From NCBI GenBank assembly GCA_964508565.1, contig CAZDUB010000007.1:25681-89680 (forward strand): a stretch of DNA of 64,000 bases, given 5' to 3'. The notes beneath the pieces were generated by a model. That model saw only the letters and a list, made by a program, of their open reading frames with translations, had not been told where the DNA came from and did no database searches. Made by a program: the position numbers and the translations under genes. This stretch comes from an uncultured Elusimicrobia bacterium. Lineage in GTDB: Bacteria > Elusimicrobiota > Endomicrobiia > DTEH01. Positions 51,253 to 60,812 of this stretch are shown one piece after another. The stretch's first letter is position 1. Each line of letters opens with the position of its first letter.

Positions 51253-51297
51253 ATAAAAAAATAAACTACTATGTTTTTTCTAAACAGACTCTAGTGG
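51253..51297 (-). terminator. Possible weak intrinsic terminator after metK
   Basis: An interrupted hairpin on the minus strand (CCACTA..TGTTT-agaaa-AAACA..TAGTAG, 51266-51297) is followed by TTTATTTTTTTAT. The stem is AT-rich and imperfect. Confidence 0.3.
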
Positions 51298-51371
51298 AGA
51301 AAGTTACTTTGTAAGTATTGAATAAAAGAAAATTTCTTTACTATCAATTAAAAAATCTAATTTAAAGCAAC

Positions 51372-52556
51372 CTAATATATTTTTTTAACTTGAACTAACA
51401 ATTCATCTACCATATCAGTTTTTTCCCATGTAAAATTCTTATCATTTCTCCCAAAATGTCCATAAACTGCTGTCTTTTTATATATAGGTCTCAAAAGGTC
51501 TAAATGTTCTATTATACCTTTTGGAGATAGTGGAAAAACTTTACGAATTAACTTTACAAACTTATCTTCAGGAATTTTGCCTGTACCAAAGGTGTTAACC
51601 ATTATAGAAACAGGTTCTGTAAGACCTATACAATAACTCAACTGAACTAAACATTCATCAGCAAGGCCTGCTGCTACTATGTTTTTTGCTATATATCTTG
51701 CCATGTAAGTTGCTGATCTGTCTACTTTTGTTGGATCTTTACCTGAAAATGCTCCTCCACCATGCATAACCCATCCACCATAAGTATCCACTATGATTTT
51801 TCGCCCGGTCATTCCAGTATCTGACTGTGGCCCTCCTATTACGAACTTACCTGTACCATTTATAGTTATCTTAGTTTTTTTATCAAAATACTCTCCTAAA
51901 ACAGGCTTTACGACTTTTTCTATTATTTCTTCTTTCGCATCCTCTCTCATATTTTTACCGTCTTTTGTCAAAACTTCTTCCGTGTGTTGTGCTGCTATTA
52001 CAACATAATCCACTCTAGCTGGTTTCCCATCTATATATTCTACTGTAACCTGAGATTTACCATCAGGACCTAAATATGGTATTATACCTTTTTTTCTCAC
52101 ATCAGCAAGTGCCATAACTAACTTATGTGCTAAAACTATTGGAAGAGGCATATACTCTTTTGTTTGTTTTGTAGCATATCCAAACATTGAGCCTTGATCG
52201 CCTGCTCCAATTTCTTTTCCACGGTTTACTCCTTGAGCTATATCAGGAGATTGTGAATGTATAGCATTCAGTATAGCTATTGTTCCATAATCAAAACCGT
52301 ATTTAGGAGAGGTATATCCTATTTCCTTAACTAAATTGCGAACCAATTTATGAATATCTACAAAACCTTCTGTAGTTATTTCTCCACCAACTATAACTAA
52401 TCCCATTGATACAAATGTTTCACAAGCAACTCGAGAATTTTTATCCTGTATCAGACATTCATCAAGCACAGCATCTGAGATTTGGTCACAAACTTTATCT
52501 GGATGTCCTTCTGCAACTGACTCTGAAGTAAAAAACATATTTTTTGGGTACATCAT
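51372..52556 (-). CDS. metK: S-adenosylmethionine synthase
   Basis: 394 aa with [18 protein letters not shown] and GGGAFSGKD motifs. AAGGAG RBS. Confidence 0.95.
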   Translation of the reverse strand: MMYPKNMFFTSESVAEGHPDKVCDQISDAVLDECLIQDKNSRVACETFVSMGLVIVGGEITTEGFVDIHKLVRNLVKEIGYTSPKYGFDYGTIAILNAIHSQSPDIAQGVNRGKEIGAGDQGSMFGYATKQTKEYMPLPIVLAHKLVMALADVRKKGIIPYLGPDGKSQVTVEYIDGKPARVDYVVIAAQHTEEVLTKDGKNMREDAKEEIIEKVVKPVLGEYFDKKTKITINGTGKFVIGGPQSDTGMTGRKIIVDTYGGWVMHGGGAFSGKDPTKVDRSATYMARYIAKNIVAAGLADECLVQLSYCIGLTEPVSIMVNTFGTGKIPEDKFVKLIRKVFPLSPKGIIEHLDLLRPIYKKTAVYGHFGRNDKNFTWEKTDMVDELLVQVKKIY

Positions 52557-52628
52557 AAATTTATTTCTCCTTATTTTATTTAAAATTAAAATTATCGTAG
52601 ATAAAAAATTTTAGTAATAAATTTTAAA

Positions 52629-53660
52629 TTATATTTCAACATTAAGTACAGTCCCATCAAACATTGTAATACTTTCTGAGACAACAGCATTATTTGCTAT
52701 TATACAAGAATTAAGTTTCACATTTGTTTTGACAACCACATTGTCCCACAAAATTGAATCATCTATAGACACATTATCGCCAATTATACAATTATTACCA
52801 ATAACTGTGTAATTACCTATCACACAATTCTCACCCAGTTTAACATTATCTCCTATTATACAAGGAGGATGAAATCTTACACTTTTTGGAATAATTGTAT
52901 TTTTACCTACCCAAATTCTTTTTCTAATCTGTTTGCCTGATATCTTTATTGAAATTTTCCCGTCCATACAATCGTGGTTCGCTTTTCTATATTCAGACAA
53001 ATTACCCACATCGCACCAATACTCTTTTGTTATATACCCATATACAGGTAAATTTTGTTTTACAAGTTTTGGTAAAAGTTGGCTACCAAAATCATAAAAT
53101 TTGTTTTCTGGAATAAATTTAAAAACTTCTGGTTCAAAAACATAAATTCCTGTATTTACCAAATTAGTGAAAATTTTATCCAAAGATGGTTTTTCATAGA
53201 AATTTTTTATCCTATTGTTACTATCTACTTCAACAACTCCGTATTCTAAATGCATATCAATAGGTTTTAGTACAACTGTTGCTATTGCTTTTTTCTCTTT
53301 ATGATATTCTACCGCTTTTTTTAAATCTATATCAGTAAGTCCATCGCCTGAGGTTACTATAAATGTCTTTTTAAAAAAGTTTTGTTTTAACTTTACTCCA
53401 CCAGCTGTACCAAGAAGTTTTTCTTCATAAGAATAGTGAATCTTTAACCCCCATTTAGAGCCATTACCTAAATAAAATTTTATAAGATCCGGTCTATAAT
53501 GTAGATTTACTATAATCTCATTAATTCCATTTTTTTTCAAATTTTGGATTAAATAACCAATTACAGGAATATTAGCTATTGGTACCAAAGGTTTAGGTAC
53601 TGAGTATGTTAAAGGTCTTAATCTTGTACCTAAACCGGCTGCCATGACAAACGCTTTCAT
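52629..53660 (-). CDS. Sugar-1-phosphate nucleotidyltransferase with a C-terminal left-handed beta-helix domain
   Basis: Start set at MKAFVMAAGLGTRLRPLT (G-x-G-T-R-L motif). C-terminal hexapeptide repeats. The 11-codon track extension would overlap the upstream gene. Confidence 0.8.
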   Translation of the reverse strand: MKAFVMAAGLGTRLRPLTYSVPKPLVPIANIPVIGYLIQNLKKNGINEIIVNLHYRPDLIKFYLGNGSKWGLKIHYSYEEKLLGTAGGVKLKQNFFKKTFIVTSGDGLTDIDLKKAVEYHKEKKAIATVVLKPIDMHLEYGVVEVDSNNRIKNFYEKPSLDKIFTNLVNTGIYVFEPEVFKFIPENKFYDFGSQLLPKLVKQNLPVYGYITKEYWCDVGNLSEYRKANHDCMDGKISIKISGKQIRKRIWVGKNTIIPKSVRFHPPCIIGDNVKLGENCVIGNYTVIGNNCIIGDNVSIDDSILWDNVVVKTNVKLNSCIIANNAVVSESITMFDGTVLNVEI

Positions 53661-53661
53661 T

Positions 53662-55050
53662 TTAGTATGCTCCTTTTCTTGATAAAACAACAAATATTGT
53701 TTTCAAAACAATTTCTAAATCTAACCCTAAACTCCAATTTTCTAAATAATATAAATCTAAATCTATCATCTCTTCAAAACCTATATCTGCTCTACCAGAT
53801 ATTTGCCACAACCCAGTAAGACCTGGTAATATTGCTAATCTTCTTTTTGCATATTCATCATAAAAAGTTATTTCTTCTACAATCTGCGGTCTTGGACCAA
53901 CTATACTCATATCACCTTTTAATATATTAAAAAACTGTGGAAATTCATCTATACTATATTTTCTTAAAAATTTACCTATGCGAGTAACACGCGGATCTTC
54001 TTTTAATTTAAAAACTTTATTACCTCTTTCACTGTATTTTAACAATTCCCACCATCTCTTATGAGCATCTTTCACCATTGTCCTAAACTTAATACATTTA
54101 AAAATTCTTCCATTTTTACCTACACGCGGATGAATATAAAATATAGGACCTTCCGAATCTAACTTAATTAACAAACTAACATAAAGAAGAGGCACAAACA
54201 ATATAGATAATACTAAAATTGAAACAAAAATATCAATTATTCTTTTAATAACAAAATTAAAACCTGTTAGTGATAAAGGTCTAATCCAAACGACTGGTAC
54301 ACCTAAAGTTGAATCTATCAAAGTATCCGAAAGACGCACAGGTAAAGAAAACATTATTTTGATAGGGATATCTAAAAATAAAAGTTCTGACAAAAAATTT
54401 TGAAATACATTAGAATTAAAAATTTCATAACTTACTACTAATTCTGTAATTTTTTTGTCTTTAATAAAATTTAAAATATCTTCTTTTTTATTAACAGAAG
54501 TAAGGAAAAACTTTTTTATTGTTTTATCTTCTTTCAATTTTTTTATAATTTTTTCTTTTTTTTCCAACGGACACACAAAACCCACTCTTGGTTTACCAAA
54601 TATATATTTTGTATACTCTCTATAAAAATAATTAATCAATATATGGAAAACAGTTAAAATAACAAAATTTATAAAAACCACATTAATTAAAAACAACCTA
54701 GAATATTCATATCCTCTATAAAAGAAACTTGTAGCAAAAAGTAATAACAATAAAATAAACATATTTTTAAGCCCTAAAATTATCTCATCAAAATATCTTA
54801 GCAATTGCCTTTTATAATACCCACTAAAAAAATAGCTGATAGCACAGACAAGTAAAAAAATTGGGATGAAATTATAATAAATCTCTAAAGGTAGTACACC
54901 TTTAACTGGCGGAAAGAAATGTGTAAAAACTTTATTATAAAATCTTATATTGTAAGCTACGAAAAAAGAAATTAACGAAAATATAATATCAAAAAAAAAT
55001 TTAATACTTATATATATTTGCCATAAAACTTTTCTTGACATATTTCTCAA
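53662..55050 (-). CDS. Polyprenyl-phosphate sugar phosphotransferase (WbaP/EpsL-type bacterial sugar transferase)
   Basis: 462 aa. N-terminal TM helices and the conserved C-terminal domain (GPRPQ, DEFPQFFNILKGDMSIVGPRP). Confidence 0.85.
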   Translation of the reverse strand: MRNMSRKVLWQIYISIKFFFDIIFSLISFFVAYNIRFYNKVFTHFFPPVKGVLPLEIYYNFIPIFLLVCAISYFFSGYYKRQLLRYFDEIILGLKNMFILLLLLFATSFFYRGYEYSRLFLINVVFINFVILTVFHILINYFYREYTKYIFGKPRVGFVCPLEKKEKIIKKLKEDKTIKKFFLTSVNKKEDILNFIKDKKITELVVSYEIFNSNVFQNFLSELLFLDIPIKIMFSLPVRLSDTLIDSTLGVPVVWIRPLSLTGFNFVIKRIIDIFVSILVLSILFVPLLYVSLLIKLDSEGPIFYIHPRVGKNGRIFKCIKFRTMVKDAHKRWWELLKYSERGNKVFKLKEDPRVTRIGKFLRKYSIDEFPQFFNILKGDMSIVGPRPQIVEEITFYDEYAKRRLAILPGLTGLWQISGRADIGFEEMIDLDLYYLENWSLGLDLEIVLKTIFVVLSRKGAY

Positions 55051-55051
55051 T

Positions 55052-55438
55052 TTAAATTGTAAACTTAGTATTTTCTAACTGAAAAGCACCTTTTATATGG
55101 TCTAGCTGTACATTATCACTATTTCCTACAATAGATATCACATCAAACCTATAGCTAATATCTTTATCAATCTTATTTTTTTTAATATATTCTATTGCAG
55201 ATATCAATATCCGCTTTTGTTTATGAAAGTTAACTGTTTCAGTAGGCATACCATAAGAGACATCTTTTCTGTATCTTACTTCAACAAACACAATAACTTT
55301 AGATTTTTTATCATAAGCGACTATATCAATTTCCCCGAATTTTGTTTTATAGTTTCTTGTAAGTATTTTGTATTTACAACTTTTTAAATAATTTACTGCA
55401 TAATCTTCGTAATAATTGCCAATACTTTTTCTATCCAT
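55052..55438 (-). CDS. YraN-family (UPF0102) endonuclease-like protein
   Basis: 128 aa with GEIDIVA and VFVEVRYR motifs. Confidence 0.8.
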   Translation of the reverse strand: MDRKSIGNYYEDYAVNYLKSCKYKILTRNYKTKFGEIDIVAYDKKSKVIVFVEVRYRKDVSYGMPTETVNFHKQKRILISAIEYIKKNKIDKDISYRFDVISIVGNSDNVQLDHIKGAFQLENTKFTI

Positions 55439-56081
55439 TTTTTAATCTTGTGTTTACAAATTTATATGCATAATATCTATGTAATTCAGAGATACCAATT
55501 TGTGAAATAGATAAAATATGTTTTTTGGTTGGATAACCTTTGTTATTTTCAAAATCATAATATGGGAATATTTTATGATAAATCTTTAGAATGTAGTCTC
55601 TTATAACTTTAGCTACAATAGAAGCAGCAGCTACAACAGCACTTTTTTTGTCACCTTTTATCACATTATATTGAATCACATCTATATTATTTAAATAAGG
55701 GTTCTGATAACCATCCACTACTATAACTTTAGGTTTCACACTAAGTTTCTCAACAGCATTTTTTATAGCCAATAAATTTGCTTCACCTATTCCTATCCTA
55801 TTTATCTCTCTTGTGGGAACAATACTACATGAGACATCAGTAGCAACAAGTAATATCTTATTAAAAAATTGTTCTCTTTTATGGGAAGATATACTTTTTG
55901 ATTCTTTAAGGTAAGGTATAAAAACTTTTTTACTAAACACGACAGCTGCTGCTACAATTGGACCACTTATACAACCTCTACCAACTTCATCTACACCACA
56001 AATTAAATCTACATTTCCAAATTTCTCTCTTATTTTATTATCAAACAAAAAAATATTATCGCATGTAATATCTGGTGGCAT
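55431..56081 (-). CDS. rnhB: Ribonuclease HII
   Basis: 216 aa with GVDEVGRG and DSKSIS-like motifs. Confidence 0.9.
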   Translation of the reverse strand: MPPDITCDNIFLFDNKIREKFGNVDLICGVDEVGRGCISGPIVAAAVVFSKKVFIPYLKESKSISSHKREQFFNKILLVATDVSCSIVPTREINRIGIGEANLLAIKNAVEKLSVKPKVIVVDGYQNPYLNNIDVIQYNVIKGDKKSAVVAAASIVAKVIRDYILKIYHKIFPYYDFENNKGYPTKKHILSISQIGISELHRYYAYKFVNTRLKNG

Positions 56082-56410
56082 TATACCGTAGATTCTTTAC
56101 CAACCTTTCCTCTCAAATAATAAAGTTTTGCCCTTCTTACTTTGCCTTTTTTAACTACCACTATTGATTCTATAATAGGTGAGTACAAAGGAAATATTCT
56201 TTCGACTCCTACTCCATAAGATATCTTTCTAACAGTAAAGGTGGCATTTACTCCACTGCCTCTTTTAGCAATAACAATACCTTCAAAAGTTTGTTTTTTC
56301 TCTAACCCTTCTTCTTTAAACTTAAATGTAACTCTTACTGTATCACCTACTGAAAATTCTGGAATTTTTTTGTTTGGGTCAATGCCTATTTTGTTAAGAT
56401 CTATATTCAT
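56081..56410 (-). CDS. rplS: 50S ribosomal protein L19
   Basis: 109 aa with FSVGDTVRV and [10 protein letters not shown] motifs. Confidence 0.95.
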   Translation of the reverse strand: MNIDLNKIGIDPNKKIPEFSVGDTVRVTFKFKEEGLEKKQTFEGIVIAKRGSGVNATFTVRKISYGVGVERIFPLYSPIIESIVVVKKGKVRRAKLYYLRGKVGKESTV

Positions 56411-57156
56411 ATTTTTCTCCTGTTCTCTTCTTTAATTATTTCTTTTAATAAATGTTTTTCTAAGTTTGAAAGATTTATTTTTGACAATAAATCTGGTCTT
56501 TTAATATAAGTATTTCTTATTGCTTCTTTCAATCTAAAAAGTCTAATTTTTTTGTGATCTCCTGAGAGCAAAACTTCTGGTACTTTCATTCCCATATAGA
56601 CTCTTGGTCTGGTATAATGTGGAGCATCTAAAAACTTTGTTATAAAACTTTCTTTTAACAAAGAATCCTTCTCTTTAACAACACCTTTAGCATATCTACA
56701 CACAGCATCTATTAAAACCATAGCTGCTGGTTCGCCACCTGTAAGTATATAATCACCTATAGAGATTTCCTCGTCAACAAATTTCATTACCCTCTCATCA
56801 ACTCCTTCGTACCTACCACACAATAGTACCAACCACTTCTTTTCAAACAATTCAAATACCTTTTGTTGATTTAAAACTTTACCTTGTGGTGATAAATATA
56901 CTATCCAGGGTTTATTTTTTTTGCTTTCCTTTTTTATTCTTCTTATAGCTCTTATTATCGGCTCAGGTTTCAAAACCATCCCAGCACCACCGCCATAAGG
57001 TCTATCATCTACAGTTTTATGTTTATCTTTCGCAAAATCCCTCAAATTCCAAAATTTAATGTTTATTTTGCCGTTTTTTATCGCACGATGAATAACTCCA
57101 TACGAAATAACACCATCAAACATCTGAGGAAAAAGAGTAATCACATCTATTCTCAT
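56407..57156 (-). CDS. trmD: tRNA (guanine37-N1)-methyltransferase
   Basis: 249 aa with [21 protein letters not shown] and [10 protein letters not shown] motifs. Confidence 0.95.
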   Translation of the reverse strand: MRIDVITLFPQMFDGVISYGVIHRAIKNGKINIKFWNLRDFAKDKHKTVDDRPYGGGAGMVLKPEPIIRAIRRIKKESKKNKPWIVYLSPQGKVLNQQKVFELFEKKWLVLLCGRYEGVDERVMKFVDEEISIGDYILTGGEPAAMVLIDAVCRYAKGVVKEKDSLLKESFITKFLDAPHYTRPRVYMGMKVPEVLLSGDHKKIRLFRLKEAIRNTYIKRPDLLSKINLSNLEKHLLKEIIKEENRRKI

Positions 57157-57681
57157 TTATAAATTTTCTGGAATTATGCTATCTATCTCGGACAAAATAA
57201 TTTTTTTGTTTAATATATCCACTTTGGTTATTACTTGTTTAATAAAAGGAACCAAAAATTCTTCTTTTGTTGAAGCATTTGATACTAAAAGTAATGTATA
57301 GTTTGTTTTAACTCTAATTATATCAATCACTTTCCCAATTTCTTTACCATTAGCAAAAATCACCTGACTATTTAAAAGATCGCTTTTAACATATACATCT
57401 TCAGGCAGAGTATTTAATTGTTTTATCAAAAAAAAGTTCTTTAGCAGTGATGCTTCATCAATAGAATTAACTTCTAAAAATTTTAATGTATAGTACTTTT
57501 TATCTTCTGATAATTTATATAGTGAAAGCGACTCTACTTTGTAAGGACCAAATCTATTATTTTGCCTTTCCAAATACAAAATATCACCAACTTCACATTT
57601 TAACTTATCTACAAAGAAATAAACAACTATATGACCTTTTAAACCTTTGGTCCTTAAAACTCTTCCTATACAAACTTCCAC
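57157..57681 (-). CDS. rimM: 16S rRNA processing protein RimM
   Basis: 174 aa. N-terminal GRVLRTKGLKG plus a PRC-barrel C-terminus. Canonical operon position. Confidence 0.85.
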   Translation of the reverse strand: MEVCIGRVLRTKGLKGHIVVYFFVDKLKCEVGDILYLERQNNRFGPYKVESLSLYKLSEDKKYYTLKFLEVNSIDEASLLKNFFLIKQLNTLPEDVYVKSDLLNSQVIFANGKEIGKVIDIIRVKTNYTLLLVSNASTKEEFLVPFIKQVITKVDILNKKIILSEIDSIIPENL

Positions 57682-57705
57682 AAAAATTTTTAACTACAAT
57701 TATAA

Positions 57706-57939
57706 TTATTTTTCTATTACTTCAATTACAACTCTTTTATTAAGTTTTGCTGCTGAACAACCTACTATTGTTCTTATAGCCCTTATTATTCTACCTTGTT
57801 TACCAATAACTTTGCCACGGTCAGTCTCAGCAACTCTTAGCTCAAGTATCACTGACTGTTCACCAAGTATCTCTTTTACCTCTACTTTTTCAGGATAGTC
57901 CACTAATGCTTTCACTATAGTAAGCAACAACTCTTTCAT
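57706..57939 (-). CDS. KH-domain RNA-binding protein (YlqC/UPF0109)
   Basis: 77 aa with GKVIGKQGR, located between rpsP and rimM. Confidence 0.85.
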   Translation of the reverse strand: MKELLLTIVKALVDYPEKVEVKEILGEQSVILELRVAETDRGKVIGKQGRIIRAIRTIVGCSAAKLNKRVVIEVIEK

Positions 57940-57959
57940 TTATTTTAACCCTCCCTTCC

Positions 57960-58262
57960 TCATTTGGAATCATTAGATTGTGATATTGTTGTAGAGATAG
58001 CAGCTACAATTTCATCTGTAACTTTTTTATTTTTCGTTACTCTTTTATATAATCTTTCTACAGTCTCAGATGGTTTTGCACCAAATTTTATCCATTTCTC
58101 ATATTTATCAAAATCAATAGAAACTTTATCTTTGATAGGTTCATAAATTCCTATTATCTCAATTGGTTTCCCTTTTACTGGTTGTGTTTTCTCTATAGCA
58201 ACAATTCTATAAATAGGATGATTCTTTTTACCAACTCTTTGTAATCTTATACATACAGCCAT
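57960..58262 (-). CDS. rpsP: 30S ribosomal protein S16
   Basis: 100 aa with N-terminus MAVCIRLQRVGKKNHPIYRIVA. Confidence 0.95.
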   Translation of the reverse strand: MAVCIRLQRVGKKNHPIYRIVAIEKTQPVKGKPIEIIGIYEPIKDKVSIDFDKYEKWIKFGAKPSETVERLYKRVTKNKKVTDEIVAAISTTISQSNDSK

Positions 58263-58296
58263 AATATAAATTGCTCCTTTCTTGAAATTTTCGTTT

Positions 58297-58325
58297 TATA
58301 TATAACATTATAACTTTTTTGTCAA
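58297..58325 (-). promoter_or_regulatory. Candidate promoter of the rpsP-...-rplS operon
   Basis: On the minus strand, TTGACA (58325-58320), a 17-nt spacer, then TATATA (58302-58297). AGGAG RBS before rpsP. Confidence 0.35.
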
Positions 58326-58346
58326 TACATTATTTGAAATTATAAA

Positions 58347-58919
58347 TTAAAGAAATTTATTAAAACTTACTATTTCTTTTATTTCTTTTCTTAATTCTGA
58401 TTTTGCATGTTTTCTTATTACATCTGTTTGTTTACTTGAAGGATCTATGTATCCTAAACATATAAGTAAAGGAATTTTGTAGTTTTTTGGAATATTTAAA
58501 ACTTTTCGTACACCTTTTTCAGAAAACCACCCTACATAACAACTACCTAAGCCCAACTCTGTTGCTTGTAAGACCAAATGTTCACAAGCAATTCCAATAT
58601 CTATCAAATAAAATCGTGTATCTCTAATTAAAGAACCTACTTTTGATAAAAACCCAGCCTTGTCTGCTACAACTACAATTATTACAGGAGCGTTTGAAAT
58701 AAACTTACTTAGTTTATAAATTCCAGCTGTAGCTTGTTTTGTTAGTTCTTCTTTTAACTTTATATTATTTACTACAATAAACTTCCACGGTTGAGCATTA
58801 CAAGCAGAAGGCGCTAACCTTGCTGCTTCTATACATTGCAAAATTTTTTCATCTTCTACTGGAAGTTGTAAAAACTTTCTACAACTAAATCTTTGTTTAA
58901 CTAAATCTAAAAAGCTCAT
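58347..58919 (-). CDS. Nitroreductase-family protein
   Basis: 190 aa with RFSCRKF and APSACNAQPWKFIVV motifs. Confidence 0.85.
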   Translation of the reverse strand: MSFLDLVKQRFSCRKFLQLPVEDEKILQCIEAARLAPSACNAQPWKFIVVNNIKLKEELTKQATAGIYKLSKFISNAPVIIVVVADKAGFLSKVGSLIRDTRFYLIDIGIACEHLVLQATELGLGSCYVGWFSEKGVRKVLNIPKNYKIPLLICLGYIDPSSKQTDVIRKHAKSELRKEIKEIVSFNKFL

Positions 58920-58926
58920 ATGTTTA

Positions 58927-59973
58927 TTAAAGTTTTTTGATATTATTAAAATAAGAACAAATTTGCAATATTTTTTCTAAAACTTGTAAGTTTACCCCGC
59001 CTAATCCACATTGAGGTGTTATTATTTCGTTTTCTACATTATTTTTATTTAAATTAACTCCTTTATTAATTAACTTTTCAAAAACTAAACTTAACTTGTT
59101 AGCTAAGCTATCAAAACTTTCGTTTAAAATTTTATCACTATTTGGTATTATCCCCCAAGCTATTTTTTTGTTTTGTGCAACAAAATCTTTTATTTCATTT
59201 GAATAAACTAAAAAACTTTCAAAAAACTCATATGTGTCAAATGAAATTATATCTAATTCTTTTAAAGATGTAAGGAGTGACCAATCAGTATTAGCACAAC
59301 AATGTATTCCAATTCTTAGTTCTATTTTGTTTAAAAAAACTTCTTGTACAAGCTGTTTTGTTTCTGAAATTGTTTTTTCTAACGAGGCTATTATTTCTTC
59401 TTTTGATATAGATGTAAAAGCTGAACCATAAGCTGCGAGATATGGCTCATCATAAAACAAAATTATAGATGTTTTTTCTTTTAAAGATTCTAAGATAGTT
59501 TTTATTTGCCACAGTGATTTTAAAACAAGATGTTTTTCTATTGGTTCGCGAAATTGTTCATTGTAAAAAATTGCTTGACCTTGTTTTGTTTTTACTGTTA
59601 AACCGAAAGTTATAGGTCCTGTTGTTTGTAATTTTATTTCTTTTGGTTTTTCAAATTTAATTGTTTCAACAAACTCGTAAAATCCTAAAGAATAATCTTT
59701 TGAAATTTTAAAAAAATCAAAGTTTTTATCTAAATAATTTTGATAAAAACTTTCAACTTCCAAGTAAAACTTTTCTTCTTCAAGCCATATTTTCTGTTCA
59801 TTTTCGTCTATTTGAATTCCAGGAAAATTTTCTGAATATTGTGGGCACATGTGTTCTTTAAAACTTCGCTTAGGAAGTTGTGGCCAACATGGTACTGAAA
59901 CATATCTGAATATTAACTCTACAGCTTCAGTTGGATTTAGAGTTGGTATGCTTCCTATAAGTGTTGTTTTCAT
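58927..59973 (-). CDS. MetE-like (Meth_synt_2/UROD-superfamily) zinc methyltransferase, short single-domain form
   Basis: 348 aa with FYDEPYL (DEP motif), IGIHCCANTDW (H-x-C) and ITPQCGLGG (C), which parallel the MetE zinc ligands. Confidence 0.6.
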   Translation of the reverse strand: MKTTLIGSIPTLNPTEAVELIFRYVSVPCWPQLPKRSFKEHMCPQYSENFPGIQIDENEQKIWLEEEKFYLEVESFYQNYLDKNFDFFKISKDYSLGFYEFVETIKFEKPKEIKLQTTGPITFGLTVKTKQGQAIFYNEQFREPIEKHLVLKSLWQIKTILESLKEKTSIILFYDEPYLAAYGSAFTSISKEEIIASLEKTISETKQLVQEVFLNKIELRIGIHCCANTDWSLLTSLKELDIISFDTYEFFESFLVYSNEIKDFVAQNKKIAWGIIPNSDKILNESFDSLANKLSLVFEKLINKGVNLNKNNVENEIITPQCGLGGVNLQVLEKILQICSYFNNIKKL

Positions 59974-60809
59974 TTTTGTTTAAAAAGGTTATTGTAAATT
60001 TCTGAATAACTCCCAAACACATAATTTAGTTCGTGTGGAAAAACTATTGTCCAACTTTCTTTTTGTGCTGTTTCTAACAGTTCCTTTTTAATTTTCATAA
60101 CATCTAAAGGAAACAAATCAAATCCACTTGTATAGTTTACTTTCAGATTAAAAGCAGTTGGTATTATATCTCCAGCAAAAAATATTTTTTTATCTTCGTC
60201 TTCTATCAATACACACTGGTGTCCAACAGAATGAGATTTCGTAAATATAAGCTTTATCCCTTTTTCTATTTCACAATCACCATCTACTAATTCAAGTTGG
60301 TTATTATCAATTGCTAAAAAGTTTTCTTTTAAATAAGAAGCTTTTGACCTTTCATCTGGAGATAAAGCATATTCGTATTCTTTTTTTTGGATAAAGTATT
60401 TTGCTTTGCTAAATAATGCAACAAGTTTTCCATCTTTGTATACAGTATTATATCCACAGTGGTCAAAGTGAAGATGTGTGTTTATCACAGCATATATATC
60501 CTGTGGCGAGATATTTAACAAAGATAAATGTTTTAGCAAATCTTTTTCTTTTCTTATTTTGTAGATTTCTATATGTTTTTTATCAAATTTGTTACCAATA
60601 CCTGTATCAATTAAAATTTTTTTAGAACTGGTTTTGTTTTTAACAAGAACGCAATTAACAGCTAAATCTACTTTGTTATTTTCATCAGCAGGATAGTGTT
60701 TTTGCCAAAAAACTTTTGGGACAACACCAAACATTGCTCCACCATCTATTGCTACAACTCCGTCAGAAAATATATGAATTACAAAATTTTTTGTTTGTAT
60801 CGTATGCAT
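59970..60809 (-). CDS. MBL-fold metallo-hydrolase
   Basis: 279 aa with the HxHxDH motif (THLHFDHCG). Overlaps the MetE-like gene by 4 nt. Confidence 0.8.
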   Translation of the reverse strand: MHTIQTKNFVIHIFSDGVVAIDGGAMFGVVPKVFWQKHYPADENNKVDLAVNCVLVKNKTSSKKILIDTGIGNKFDKKHIEIYKIRKEKDLLKHLSLLNISPQDIYAVINTHLHFDHCGYNTVYKDGKLVALFSKAKYFIQKKEYEYALSPDERSKASYLKENFLAIDNNQLELVDGDCEIEKGIKLIFTKSHSVGHQCVLIEDEDKKIFFAGDIIPTAFNLKVNYTSGFDLFPLDVMKIKKELLETAQKESWTIVFPHELNYVFGSYSEIYNNLFKQK

Positions 60810-60812
60810 TAT

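Noticed and set aside
51233-51371. SAM/SAH riboswitch between metK and ahcY, or upstream of metK (52557-52628)
   Set aside because: Both regions are very AT-rich and 72-139 nt long. Neither contains the GC-rich conserved cores of the SAM-I, SAM-II or SAH riboswitches. I see only a weak terminator-like hairpin.
53661-53693. 11-codon extension (MLFYQEKEHTK) of the nucleotidyltransferase
   Set aside because: It overlaps the upstream sugar transferase by 32 nt. The canonical N-terminus MKAFVMAAGLGTRL starts at 53660.
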